Position numbers and translations under genes: made by a program. From positions 120,454 to 184,453 of the forward strand of contig CAWHCW010000018.1 of NCBI GenBank assembly GCA_963827965.1: 64,000 nucleotides of DNA, in the 5' to 3' direction. The DNA comes from an uncultured Chloroflexia bacterium (GTDB lineage Bacteria > Chloroflexota > Limnocylindria > Limnocylindrales > CSP1-4). Below the pieces are notes generated by a model, which was not told the DNA's origin, ran no database searches, and was given only the letters and a program-made list of their open reading frames with translations. Below, one piece after another: positions 45,269-54,759 of the stretch (position 1 is the stretch's first letter; each line of letters begins with the position of its first letter).

Positions 45269-45975
45269 TGGAGGACCGCCACGGGCCCCGCTCGCCGGGA
45301 GCGCTTCGGGAGCACGCCGGGGCGGCGACCCAGCTCCATCCGCCGCTGCGCGTTGCCCTCGTGGACGACCACAACCTGGTCAGGGAGGGGCTGCGCCACG
45401 TCCTCGAGCTCCAGCCCGGGATCCTGGTGGTCGGCGAGGCGGCCGATCGCGCCGAGGCATTCGACCTGCTCACCAGCGGCACCCCGGACATCGTGCTCCT
45501 GGACGTCACCTACCCCGACGATGACGGCCTCGTCCTGCTTCGCGAGCTCACGGCCAGGCGGCCCGGCATCCGCGTGCTGGTGCTGACCATGCACCGCGAC
45601 GCCGAGACCGTGCGCCAGGCCCTCCGCGCCGGGGCTGCCGGCTACGTGGTGAAGGGCGCCCACACGAGCGAGCTCGTGGAGGCCGTCTGGGCCGTCGCCC
45701 GCGGCGAGCGGTATCTCCACAGCAGCGTCGCCGGGGCGATCATCGACGATTCGTTGCGCTGGATGGACGTCGCGAGCCCGCTCAGCCCGCGAGAGCGCGA
45801 GATCCTGGGCCATATCGCGGCGGGCGCATCGGCCGCCGACGTCGGGCGCGCGCTCGGGATCAGCCCCCACACCGTCCGGCGCCATGTCGCGAACCTCTCG
45901 GGGAAGCTCGGCCTTCGCGGACCGAAGGCCCTGACCCGGTACGCCGTCGAGCAGGGCCTGGTCCGCGGAGGCTGA
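45268..45975 (+). CDS. NarL/LuxR-family response regulator
   Basis: The ORF is an intact 235 aa and its start overlaps the kinase stop (TGATG). The receiver has DIVLLDVTYPDDDG. The HTH reads LSPREREILGHIAAGASAADVGRALGISPHTVRRH. Confidence 0.9.
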   Translation: MEDRHGPRSPGALREHAGAATQLHPPLRVALVDDHNLVREGLRHVLELQPGILVVGEAADRAEAFDLLTSGTPDIVLLDVTYPDDDGLVLLRELTARRPGIRVLVLTMHRDAETVRQALRAGAAGYVVKGAHTSELVEAVWAVARGERYLHSSVAGAIIDDSLRWMDVASPLSPREREILGHIAAGASAADVGRALGISPHTVRRHVANLSGKLGLRGPKALTRYAVEQGLVRGG

Positions 45976-46039
45976 GCCCAGGCTCTCTTGCCGACCCCGC
46001 CGTGGCCCGAAGGGCGCGGATGCGGCGCTGGCCGGCGAT

Positions 46040-46387
46040 TCAGCCCTTGGCGGCGGTGGCGCGACGGGCGCGCGCTGCCGAGAGCGGCACGCCGAGGCGG
46101 GCAAGGGCTTCCATGGCGTGGCGACGAGTGTCGTCCTGCGCGCTCGTCGCAAGCGTGCGGAGGGCAGCGACCACGGGGCCGTGGGCCTCCTCGTCTCGCT
46201 TGCCCAGCACCTCGAGCCACGCCGTGACCGACGGTCCGAGCTCTGGGTCGGCCGCGACAAGGTCGGCCAGCGGGGCAACGACGGCGGCGCCGTGGGCGAG
46301 GAGTGGCTCGCGCAGCTCGATTCGCTGCGCCGGGGCCGACCGCGCCAGCTGGTCGAGCTGCGCCTGCATCGATTTCACGGGAACCAC
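46040..46387 (-). CDS. hypothetical helical protein
   Basis: This is a 115-aa ORF with helical, HEAT-like composition and no motif I can name. Confidence 0.35.
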   Translation of the reverse strand: MVPVKSMQAQLDQLARSAPAQRIELREPLLAHGAAVVAPLADLVAADPELGPSVTAWLEVLGKRDEEAHGPVVAALRTLATSAQDDTRRHAMEALARLGVPLSAARARRATAAKG

Positions 46388-46504
46388 CTCTGCGAGGGCT
46401 GCATGTCGTTCAGCGGCCCGATCGATTGGCCGGGAGGCCGGGCGGGACCCGTCCCCGCTGCGAAGCCGGCCCGCCGTCGCCTTGCGGCGGTGCTGCTTCG
46501 GAGG

Positions 46505-46828
46505 TCAGAACCCGGGCTTCGCGGAGGCGGTGTCCGGTCCCCGCGGTGCCATCGTGCGGGCCTGGAGGCGGATGCCGAAGCGGAACGCGTAGGTGCCCCA
46601 CTCGGCCTCCTCGGGTCCCCAGGACTGCGCGACCGTTCCATCGGCCGCGAGGAGCTCGATCGTGCCGTCCGTCCGGAGGACAAGCCTGCCCCCGTCGGCG
46701 GTGGCCAGCTCGCGGCGCTTGTAGTGGCGCACGGACGGCCGCGTCAGCGCCTCGCGACCAGGGCCGGTTCCGTCAGCCACGTCATTCCCTGCCATTCGGC
46801 GAGCCGGGTGAGAGCGACGAGGCCGCAC
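46505..46828 (-). CDS. hypothetical protein
   Basis: This is a 107-aa ORF with plausible coding composition in its second half (LVLRTDGTIELLAADGTVAQSWGPEEAEWGTYAFRFG). The start is uncertain. Confidence 0.3.
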   Translation of the reverse strand: MRPRRSHPARRMAGNDVADGTGPGREALTRPSVRHYKRRELATADGGRLVLRTDGTIELLAADGTVAQSWGPEEAEWGTYAFRFGIRLQARTMAPRGPDTASAKPGF

Positions 46829-46861
46829 GCCATGAGAGCGAACGGCCTCGCCAGACGACGG

Positions 46862-47065
46862 TCAGGCGGCGCGCACCCGGACGGCGCGCGGCCCCTTGGG
46901 GCTCTGCTCGATCTCGAACTCGACGCGCTCGCCGCCGACCAGGCGGTCGAAGTCGAGCGTGGCCTCGAGCCCGCCGCGATGGAAGAAGTACTCCTTCGCA
47001 TCCTCGGCGACGATGAAGCCGAAACCGCGGTCAGCGATGACCTTCTTGACGGTGCCGGTGGTCAC
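46862..47065 (-). CDS. cold-shock domain protein
   Basis: The GTG at 47065 lies 6 nt after GGAGG and gives 67 aa. The RNP1-like motif is RGFGFIV and the RNP2-like motif is EYFFH. Confidence 0.85.
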   Translation of the reverse strand: MTTGTVKKVIADRGFGFIVAEDAKEYFFHRGGLEATLDFDRLVGGERVEFEIEQSPKGPRAVRVRAA

Positions 47066-47415
47066 GTGGGACCTCCACATCCTTCCCGAACTGGGAGGCA
47101 GAACGCACGGTCTGTTCGAGAAGGGGGGTCGACCACGCGAAGCTTGCCGCACAGTGCGGCCCGGCCAATCGTAGCACACGGGTTCGGCCGCCCCGCGACG
47201 CGGCCAGGGACTCCGGCGGCCGCGTTGGTCCAACGGCCCCCCCACGACAGGCCAAACGGCCCTACGTTGGCACCTGTCCCAGCGGCGATCCTTTCGGCAA
47301 GGCGCATCGGTCGATCCCCCCTCCCCGGTGTGCCATCTTGCAGCGCCCTCGGCCTCCCCCACCCTGGCCGGGGGCGTTGCGATTGCCCGGCGGGTCGAGC
47401 CGGAGCCCAGGTCGC

Positions 47416-48648
47416 TCAGCGGTCCTCGCCCAGAACCTCTGCCAGGAAGGCGGCCGCCGCCACGCCGGCCCGGAACCGGCCGTGGGCGCCGTGCTGGAAG
47501 AGACGAAGATCCAGCACCCGCGACCAGCCTGCATCCGGCGCGGCGACGGCGGCCCGGAGCACGGTCTGGCTGCCGTCGCCGTGGGCCACCAGGGCGAGGC
47601 CGATCTCCACCTCGGCATCGCGGGCGATCGCCACGGCCTCGTCCTCGACTGGCCACGCCGCGACGTCGCGCGCCACCGCCGGCCCGTGGGATACCTCCCG
47701 CTCCAGCGTCGGGACGTCGGCGAGCAGCGCTCCCAACGCGCCGTGCGTCCCCGCCTCCACGATCGCAAAGCGGACGCCGGCCCGCGCGGTCGCCTCGGCG
47801 ACGAGGTCGGCCCAGGTTGTCTCGCCCTCGGCCCGGACATGACCGGCAAGCGCCGCCCGGACCGTCGCCTCGGCCGCCTCCAGCACGGTCGCCGCCGGCC
47901 GCAGGACCCGCCCGTCGGCGGCGGTCTCGTCGACCGCCGAGACCCGCACGTCGAGCCAGTCGGCCCGGGCATAGGTCGCCACGACGGGGTTGGCGGCCCG
48001 CAGCATGGGCTCACCCAGGAGCTCTGCGACGTGCGATTCGCCGATCCCGTAGGTCCGCAGCGTCCGGACGAGGCGCCCGTCGCCGAGGCCGCGCTCGCGG
48101 AGTCGCGGCAGGACCCAGGCGCCCCACATCGGGCGGAGCTCGCGCGGCGGACCCGGCAGCAGGACGGCGACGCGCCCGTCCGGCCGGTCGACCCACCACC
48201 CCGGCGCCGTGCCGTTCGGGTTGGGGATGGCCGTCGCGGACGGGATGAGCCAGGCCTGCTTCAGGTTCACGCCCGCCATCGCCATCCCGCGTCGCTCGAA
48301 GAGGCCCCGGAGCCACGCCTCCTGGCCGGGATCGATCGCCGCCACCTCGCCGACGGCCGCCGCGACCGCCTCGCGAGTCAGGTCGTCCGGGGTCGGGCCG
48401 AGGCCTCCCGTCGCCACGACCAGGTCGACGGTCTCGAGCGCCTCGGCGAACGCGGCGGTGACGAGCGCCAGGTCGTCGGGCAGGGCCACGATCCGCCGCA
48501 CGCCCACGCCCTGGAGCGAGAGCGAGCGGGCCAGCTCGCCGCCGTTCGTGTCGCGCGTCTCCCCCGTCGTCAGCTCGCTCCCGACGGCCAGGAGCTCGGC
48601 GGTCCGAATGGGGCGGGACGGGGACGGCGCGGGGTCGGGATTCGTCAT
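47416..48648 (-). CDS. cinA: competence/damage-inducible protein CinA (MoCF-biosynthesis-like domain plus PncC-type deamidase domain)
   Basis: The ATG at 48648 is in frame, giving 410 aa. Motifs are AELLAVGSELTTGETRDTN, VVATGGLGPTPDDLTREA and NPNGTAPG, plus a C-terminal CinA domain. Confidence 0.85.
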   Translation of the reverse strand: MTNPDPAPSPSRPIRTAELLAVGSELTTGETRDTNGGELARSLSLQGVGVRRIVALPDDLALVTAAFAEALETVDLVVATGGLGPTPDDLTREAVAAAVGEVAAIDPGQEAWLRGLFERRGMAMAGVNLKQAWLIPSATAIPNPNGTAPGWWVDRPDGRVAVLLPGPPRELRPMWGAWVLPRLRERGLGDGRLVRTLRTYGIGESHVAELLGEPMLRAANPVVATYARADWLDVRVSAVDETAADGRVLRPAATVLEAAEATVRAALAGHVRAEGETTWADLVAEATARAGVRFAIVEAGTHGALGALLADVPTLEREVSHGPAVARDVAAWPVEDEAVAIARDAEVEIGLALVAHGDGSQTVLRAAVAAPDAGWSRVLDLRLFQHGAHGRFRAGVAAAAFLAEVLGEDR

Positions 48649-48796
48649 GGCCGGAGGGTACGACGTCGATCGCGCATCGTGCACCCGCCGTTGACCGCGG
48701 CACGATGAAGGCGTATCCTCGATAATCGATGATACGTCGGAGAAGCATGGACGAGACGACGGCCGCCGGGCTACGCCCGGACCGGGAGGGAGCACG

Positions 48797-49582
48797 ATGA
48801 GCCAGCTTGACCTCTTCCGCCTCGACGGGCGGGTGGCCCTGGTCCCGGGTGGCGGCGGCGCGATCGGGTCGGCGATGGCCGCGGCGTTCGCCGGCGCCGG
48901 GGCCCACGTCGCGATCGTCGACCAGACCGAGGAGCGCGCCGAGGCGGCCGCCGGGCCCATCCGGGCCGCGGGAGCGCAGGTCCTGGCCCTCGGCGCGGAC
49001 GTCACGAACGAGGCCGAGTGCGAGCGGATCGTGGCCGCGACGGTCGAGCGGTTCGGGCGGCTCGACATCATCATCAACGCCGTCGGCGGCGGAGCCGGCA
49101 AGGTCCTCTTCGACGCCGAGGTCTACCCGCGCGACGCATGGGACTGGATCTACGAGATCAACGTCCGCAGCACCCTCTGCGCGACCCAGGCCGCGGTCAA
49201 GGCGATGATCGCCGGCGGCCGCGGCGGGCGTGTCCTCAACATCTCGTCGGTCCGCGCCTCGCTCGGCATCAACGCCGGGTACTCGGCCTACGTCGCGGCG
49301 AAGGGCGCCGTCAGCTCCCTCACCCGCCAGTGGGCCACCGAGTGGGCCAAGCACGGGATCACCGTCAACGCGATCGCCCCGACGTTCGTCGACACGCCGC
49401 AGGTCGCGATGCTCCTCGACGATCCGGCCTTCAAGGCCGGCATCGTCAGCCGGATCCCGCTCGGCCGCGTCGGCGGAACAGGCGATCTCGCCGGCGCCGC
49501 GCTCTTCTTCTGCTCGGACGCCTCGTCGTTCGTCACCGGCCAGATCCTCGGGATCGACGGCGGCCTGACCGCCACCCAGTAG
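48797..49582 (+). CDS. SDR-family oxidoreductase
   Basis: The ORF is an intact 261 aa with GGGGAIG, NAVG, a YVAAKGAV (YxxxK) motif and the C-terminal IDGGLTA. Confidence 0.9.
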   Translation: MSQLDLFRLDGRVALVPGGGGAIGSAMAAAFAGAGAHVAIVDQTEERAEAAAGPIRAAGAQVLALGADVTNEAECERIVAATVERFGRLDIIINAVGGGAGKVLFDAEVYPRDAWDWIYEINVRSTLCATQAAVKAMIAGGRGGRVLNISSVRASLGINAGYSAYVAAKGAVSSLTRQWATEWAKHGITVNAIAPTFVDTPQVAMLLDDPAFKAGIVSRIPLGRVGGTGDLAGAALFFCSDASSFVTGQILGIDGGLTATQ

Positions 49583-49603
49583 CCATCCGATGGAGCCCTC
49601 CCC

Positions 49604-50497
49604 ATGGAGAACGTCACACCCAACGTCTTCACGAAGACGAAGCTGCGGGGCTGCAACCCGAGCTTCGTCACGACGTCCGACGGCGTGGTGGTCATCGATA
49701 CGCCGCAGCTCCCGACGAAGGCCGTCGCGATGCGGAAGCAGGCCGAGTCGCACGGCCCGATCCGCTACCTCATCAACACCGAGCACCACGTCGACCACAT
49801 CTTCGGCAACTACTACTTCAAGGGCGCCGGGACCGTCGTCAACCACCGGGCCTGTACGACCGGTTCATGGTCGTCTACCCCGAGCTCGACCCGTTCGCCT
49901 ACGCCTACGAGTCGATCCCCGGCGCGGCCGCCAAGGGCACCGACCTCGACGACCCCGAGGGCGTCGCCCTCTGGCCCGACCGCGACGAGTACTACCGCGA
50001 CCCGAACAAGGGCACGATCGTCTTCACCGGCGACCTGACGCTCCGCGTCGGCGACCACACCTTCAACCTGCTCCACACGCCCGGCCACACGCCGGGCCAG
50101 CTCGCCGTCCACGTGCCGGAGGAGCGCGTCGTCTTCACCGGCGACACGATCTTCTCCGGCTGCCAGACCTGGCTGATGACCTCGAACGTGCAGCAGTGGC
50201 TCGCTGCCCTCGAGCGGATCCGGGACCCTCGACGTCGACTGGATCGTCCCCGGCCACGGCCCGGTCGTCACGAAGCAGTACCTCGACGTCCAGCGCTCCA
50301 TCCTGATGGAGTGGAAGACGGCCGTCGCCGCGGCGATCGCAAAGGGCTGGACGCGCGAGGAGACCGTCGCGCGGGTCAACTTCAAGGACCGCTTCGGGCC
50401 GGTCGACATCGGCCAGGGCTACATGATGGAGTACATCCAGAACCTGAACGCCGGGTCGCTCTACGACAAGCTGACCGGGGCCATCCCCGGCAGCTGA
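49604..50497 (+). pseudogene. MBL-fold hydrolase; one -1 and one +1 frame break
   Basis: NTEHHVDHIFGN is in ORF 49604..50038. HTPGHTPGQLAV and VFTGDTIF are in the next frame, and PGHGPVV is in ORF 50306..50497. The first junction at about 49851 looks like CCC shortened to CC. Confidence 0.8.
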
Positions 50498-50631
50498 TCG
50501 CGCCGCACCCGGCAGCGCCCGCGGGCGGTTGCGGCGCGCCCGCGCTGCGCCGAGAGCCCGCGCTGCGCCGGGTGCCCGCCCGGGTCGCGGCGCTCCATCC
50601 GTCGTCCCGACCGCGCCAGGGAGGCCGCACC

Positions 50632-51688
50632 GTGTCCGAGACCATGCAGGCGCTCGTCGTCCTCGAGCCGGGCCGCCTCGAGATCCGCGAGGTTCCGGTC
50701 CCGGAGCCCGGGCCCAACGAGGTCCTGGCCCGGGTGCGGGCCGTCTCGATCTGCGGCACGGATGCCCACCTGATCCGCGGCGACTACCCGGGCTTCTGGC
50801 CGCCGGCCTTCCCCTTCACCCCGGGCCACGAGTGGGCCGGCGAGATCGCCGCCCTGGGTCCCGGCGCGGAGCTGTACGGCTGGCAGGTCGGCGACCGCGT
50901 GGCGGGCACCTCCCACGACGCCTGCGGCGTCTGCCGCGAGTGCGTCGAGGGCCGCTACAACCTCTGCGAGAACTACGGGAAGGAGGGGCTCCACCGCCAG
51001 TACGGGCACAACGTCCAGGGCGCCGACGCGACCTACGTCGTCCACGGCGTGAAGTGCATCTTCCGCCTCCCGGACGCCCTGACCTTCGAGGACGGGGCCC
51101 TCATCGACCCGGCCTCGATCGCCCTCCACGTGGCGAACCGCGGTGGCGTGACGCCGGGCGACACGGTGGTCATCACCGGCGCCGGCGCGATCGGCCTCCT
51201 CGCCGGCGACGCGGCCCGGATCCGGGGCGCCGGCCGGGTCATCGTCGTCGGCCGTGGTGCGCGCCTGGCGAAGGCGGCCGCGCTGGGCTTCGAGACGGTG
51301 AACACGGCGGCCGGCGATCCCGGTCGGGGCGGTCCGGGCGATGACCGGCGGCCTCGGCGCCGACGTGGCCCTCGAGTGCGCCGGCGTCCCGGAGGCGGTC
51401 GAGTGGGCCCTCGAGATGCTCCGCCGCGGCGGCCGCTGCGCCGCGGTGGGGATCCCGACGGTCGGGGTGGAGATCGCCATGCAGCGGCTCGTCCTCGACG
51501 AGCTGGAGCTCGTCGGCTCGCGGGCGTCGGCGGGCGAGATGCGGCGCGTGATGCCGCACGTCGAGCAGGGCCGGATGCGGGTCCGCGAGATGGTCACCCA
51601 CCGCTTCGCCCTGGCCGACTACGCCGAGGCGCTGGCCACCTTCAACGACCGCAGCAGCGGGGCGATCAAGATCCTCGTCGCGCCCTGA
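50632..51688 (+). pseudogene. zinc-dependent alcohol/polyol dehydrogenase (MDR family), copy 1; one +1 break near 51321
   Basis: The product starts with a GTG at 50632 (VSETMQALVV). Motifs are GHEWAGEI, CGVCRECVEGRYNLC and GAGAIGLL. The C-terminal third is in ORF 51341..51688. The length is 1057 = 3x352+1. Confidence 0.85.
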
Positions 51689-52499
51689 CGGGCCGCCCCG
51701 CGGCGGCCGGCGGCCGGCCGGCGCGGTCAGGGAGGATGTCGGCCGCTCCGAGGACGTAGCCGCCGTCGACGTCGATGACGGCGCCGGTGACGAAGCGGCC
51801 GCCGGGGCCCGCGAGCCAGGCGATCGCCTCGGCGATGTCGCGCGGATCGCCGACGGCCGAGAGGGCCTGCTTGCCGAAGGCGATCCCGGTCGCGAACTTC
51901 GCCCGCTCCTCCTCCTCGGTCAGGCCGCGCAGCTCGGACGGGATGATCCCCGGCCGGAGGACGTTGACCCGGATGCCGTCGCGGCCGAGGTCGAGGGCGA
52001 GGGCCCGGCTCATCGCCTCGACGGCGCCCTTGCTGGCCACGTAGCCGAAGCGGCCCCGCGGCGGGCGGGCCACGACCGTCGAGCCCAGGTTGATGACGGC
52101 GCCGCGGCTCTTCCGCAGCTCCGGGAGGGCCGCCCGGGTGCAGAGGAAGACGCTGACGACGTTGGCCCGGAGCATCCCCTCGAAGTCGGCGTCGGCGAGG
52201 ACGTCGATGGGGCCCTGGACCTCGCTCCCGGCGTTGTTGACGAGGACGTCGATGCCGCCGAAGGCCTCGACGGCGGCGGCGACCATCGCCCGCGCGTCGG
52301 CGTCGACGGTGACGTCCGCCCGGTGCACGACGATCCGGCCCGGGGCGCCGGCCAGGTCGGCCGCGAGGCGCTCGAGGCGGTCGACCCGACGGGCGGCCGC
52401 GAGGACGTGGGCGCCCAGCCCGACGAGGTGGCGCACGGTGTGGGCGCCGAGCCCGCTCGACGCCCCGGTGACGACGATCCGGCGACCCGCGAGCGACAT
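51666..52499 (-). CDS. SDR-family oxidoreductase
   Basis: The ATG at 52499 is in frame, giving 277 aa. Motifs are VTGASSGLG, NNAG and YVASKGAVEA. The 3' end overlaps the convergent ADH by 23 nt. Confidence 0.85.
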   Translation of the reverse strand: MSLAGRRIVVTGASSGLGAHTVRHLVGLGAHVLAAARRVDRLERLAADLAGAPGRIVVHRADVTVDADARAMVAAAVEAFGGIDVLVNNAGSEVQGPIDVLADADFEGMLRANVVSVFLCTRAALPELRKSRGAVINLGSTVVARPPRGRFGYVASKGAVEAMSRALALDLGRDGIRVNVLRPGIIPSELRGLTEEEERAKFATGIAFGKQALSAVGDPRDIAEAIAWLAGPGGRFVTGAVIDVDGGYVLGAADILPDRAGRPPAAAGRPVRARRGS

Positions 52500-52534
52500 G
52501 CGCTGCTCCTCCCGGCCGGCCGATCCGGCCTCGC

Positions 52535-54704
52535 TCAGGCTCGCCCGGCGGCGACCTCGTCGGCCCGGTTGCGGCCGGCGAGGAGGATCAGGTCCTCGTG
52601 CAGCTCGAACCAGACGCCGTGGTAGCTGTCGACGCGCGGCGAGGCGACGTAGCGGTTGTCGCCGCCCCGGGCCGCGGCGGCCGCGCGCTCGAGGCGCTCG
52701 CGGTAGGCGGCCAGGCGCGGCAGGCCCGCCACGAGCGGCGCGCAGCCAGGCGGAGGCGTCGGCGTGGAGGGCCGCCGAGGTCGGCCAGGACGCCGCGCGT
52801 CGTACGCCGCGTCGGAGTGGTCGTTGAAGGTCTGGGCGCCGTCGACCTCGCGCATCTGCCAGGCGGTGACGGTCTCCTTCATCCGGTGGTCGAGGGCCAG
52901 GAAGGCGTCGAGCGCGGCGGCGGCGTTGGCCGGCGCCCCAGCGCTCGGCGTCGGCGGCGATCTTCTCCCGCCCGACGGCCTTGCCGTCGGCGGTGAGGCG
53001 GAACGAGCCGGCGGCCATCTCGGCCAGGCCGTCGGCGACGAGCCGGTCCAGGATCTCGCTCATCTCGTCGGGCGTCGGCGAGGAGGGCGTCGCCGCGCCC
53101 TCCGGGGTGGCGTAGCCCTTCACGACCAGCGCCCGCAGGACGTCGTCGGCCGTGGCGACCGCCGGCTCGCACGGCGCCGGCGGTCGACGTCGCGCCGGCC
53201 GGCCCGGCGTCGCGCCGGCGCCGTCGGCGTCGCCGCCGTCGCCGAGCTCCAGGCCGAGCTCGCGGGCCCAGCCGAGGAGCGTCGCCGCCTCGGGGACGAC
53301 CGTCGCCGCGCCGGCGACCGCGCCGGCGAAGACCTCGCCGGTGGCGCCGTCGATCGTGATGACGTCCGCCACGGCCAGCGTCCGGCCGCCGATCGACGAC
53401 CGCGCCCGTCGGCGACCTCGACGCCGGCCGCCCCGACGACGGCCGGGATCCCCCAGCCGCGGGCGACGACGGCGGCGTGGCTGGCGAGGCCGCCCGTCGC
53501 GGTGAGGATCCCGGCCGCCCGGGCCATCCCGTGGACGTCGTCGGGCGACGTCTCGGCGCGGACGAGGATGACGGTCCGGCCGGCCTCGGCCGCCTCGACG
53601 GCGGCCTCCGGGGAGGTGACGATCTCGCCGCGCCGACGCCGGGCGAGGCCGGCAGGCCCGTGGCCAGGGCCGGGCCGACGTCGCCGCGCTCTGTCAGCGT
53701 CCGGGGCGGGTCGGCGAGGAGGCCGGCGACCCGCCGGACCGCGTCCTCCCGGGAGAGCGGGAAGTCCGGGTCCTCGGCCATGTCGACCGCGATCCGGAGC
53801 GCCGCCTGCGGGCTCCGCTTCCCGATCCGGCACTGGAGCATCCAGAGCCTCCCGTGCTCGATCGTGAACTCGATGTCGCAGAGGTCCCGGTGGTGGCGCT
53901 CCAGCCGCGTGGCGTACGCGCGGAGCTCGGCAGCCGATCTCCGGCATCCGCTCGTCGAGGACGGCGATCGGCTCGGTCTGGTGGGTGCCGGCCACGACGT
54001 CCTCGCCCTGGGCGTTGAACATGACGTCGCCGTACAGGACCGGCTCGCCGGTCGCCGGGTTGCGGGTGAACAGGACGCCCGTGCCGGAGTCGACGCTGCG
54101 GTTGCCGAAGACCATGGCCTGGACGGTGACCGCCGTCCCGAGGTCGTCGGGGATCCCCTCGTGCTGCCGGTAGGTGCGCGCCCGATCGCTGTTCCAGGAG
54201 CGGAAGACCGCCTCGACGGCTGCCCGCAGCTGCGCCCAGGGGTCCTCGGGAACCTCGTCGACGCCGACGACGTCGCGGAACATCGCCACGAACCGCCGGC
54301 GGCAGTTGGCGGCGAACTTCTCGCTCCCCGAGGACGCCGCGAGGCCGTCCGTCGTCGCCGTCGTTGAGCCCCAGGTTGAGGATCGTGTCCATCATCCCGG
54401 GCATCGAGACCGGGGCGCCGGACCGGACGCTGACGAGGAGCGGATTCGCCGGGTCGCCGAAGCCCTGGCCCACGAGGCGCTCGATCCGGGCCATGTGCTC
54501 CCGCAGCTCCGCGTCGAGGCCGTCCGGCCAGCCGTGGGCGAGGTACTCGCTGCAGGCGGCGGTCGTGATCGTGAAGGCGGGCGGCACGGGCAGGCCGAGC
54601 TCGACGGCCATGACGGCGAGGTTGGCGGCCTTGCCGCCCACGAGCCGCTTGACCTCCGCGAAGGGCAGGTCGTGGCGGTGGTCGCAGTCGTAGACGTAGG
54701 TCAC
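52535..54704 (-). pseudogene. PPDK-N-terminal-type phosphotransferase (ATP-grasp plus swivel-His domain) with an unrelated C-terminal region instead of the PEP/pyruvate TIM barrel; many frame breaks
   Basis: The product starts MTYVYD...VGGKAANLAVM. It continues with SVRSGAPVSMPGMMDTILNLGLND, VQAMVFGN and VLFTRNPATGE, then the swivel motif TATGGLASHAAVVARGWGIPAVVG. The last ~250 aa (ALVVKGYATPEG...YHGVWFELHEDLILLAG) have no PPDK-like motifs. Confidence 0.75.
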
Positions 54705-54759
54705 GTGCGGCTCCCTTGGGCGCCCGCGCCGGTCGCGCCGCGCGGGCGCGGCCCCTGGC

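Noticed and set aside
51341-51688. The ATG-initiated 115-aa ORFs at 51341..51688 and 54760..55107 could be stand-alone genes.
   Set aside because: They are the C-terminal thirds of the two Zn-ADH paralogues. The ATG is the conserved Met of the MTGGxGADV block, and the upstream two thirds continue one frame over.
52535-54704. This could be a complete pyruvate, phosphate dikinase.
   Set aside because: Only the ATP-grasp and swivel-His parts are present. The C-terminal PEP/pyruvate barrel motifs are absent, so I did not call it ppdK.
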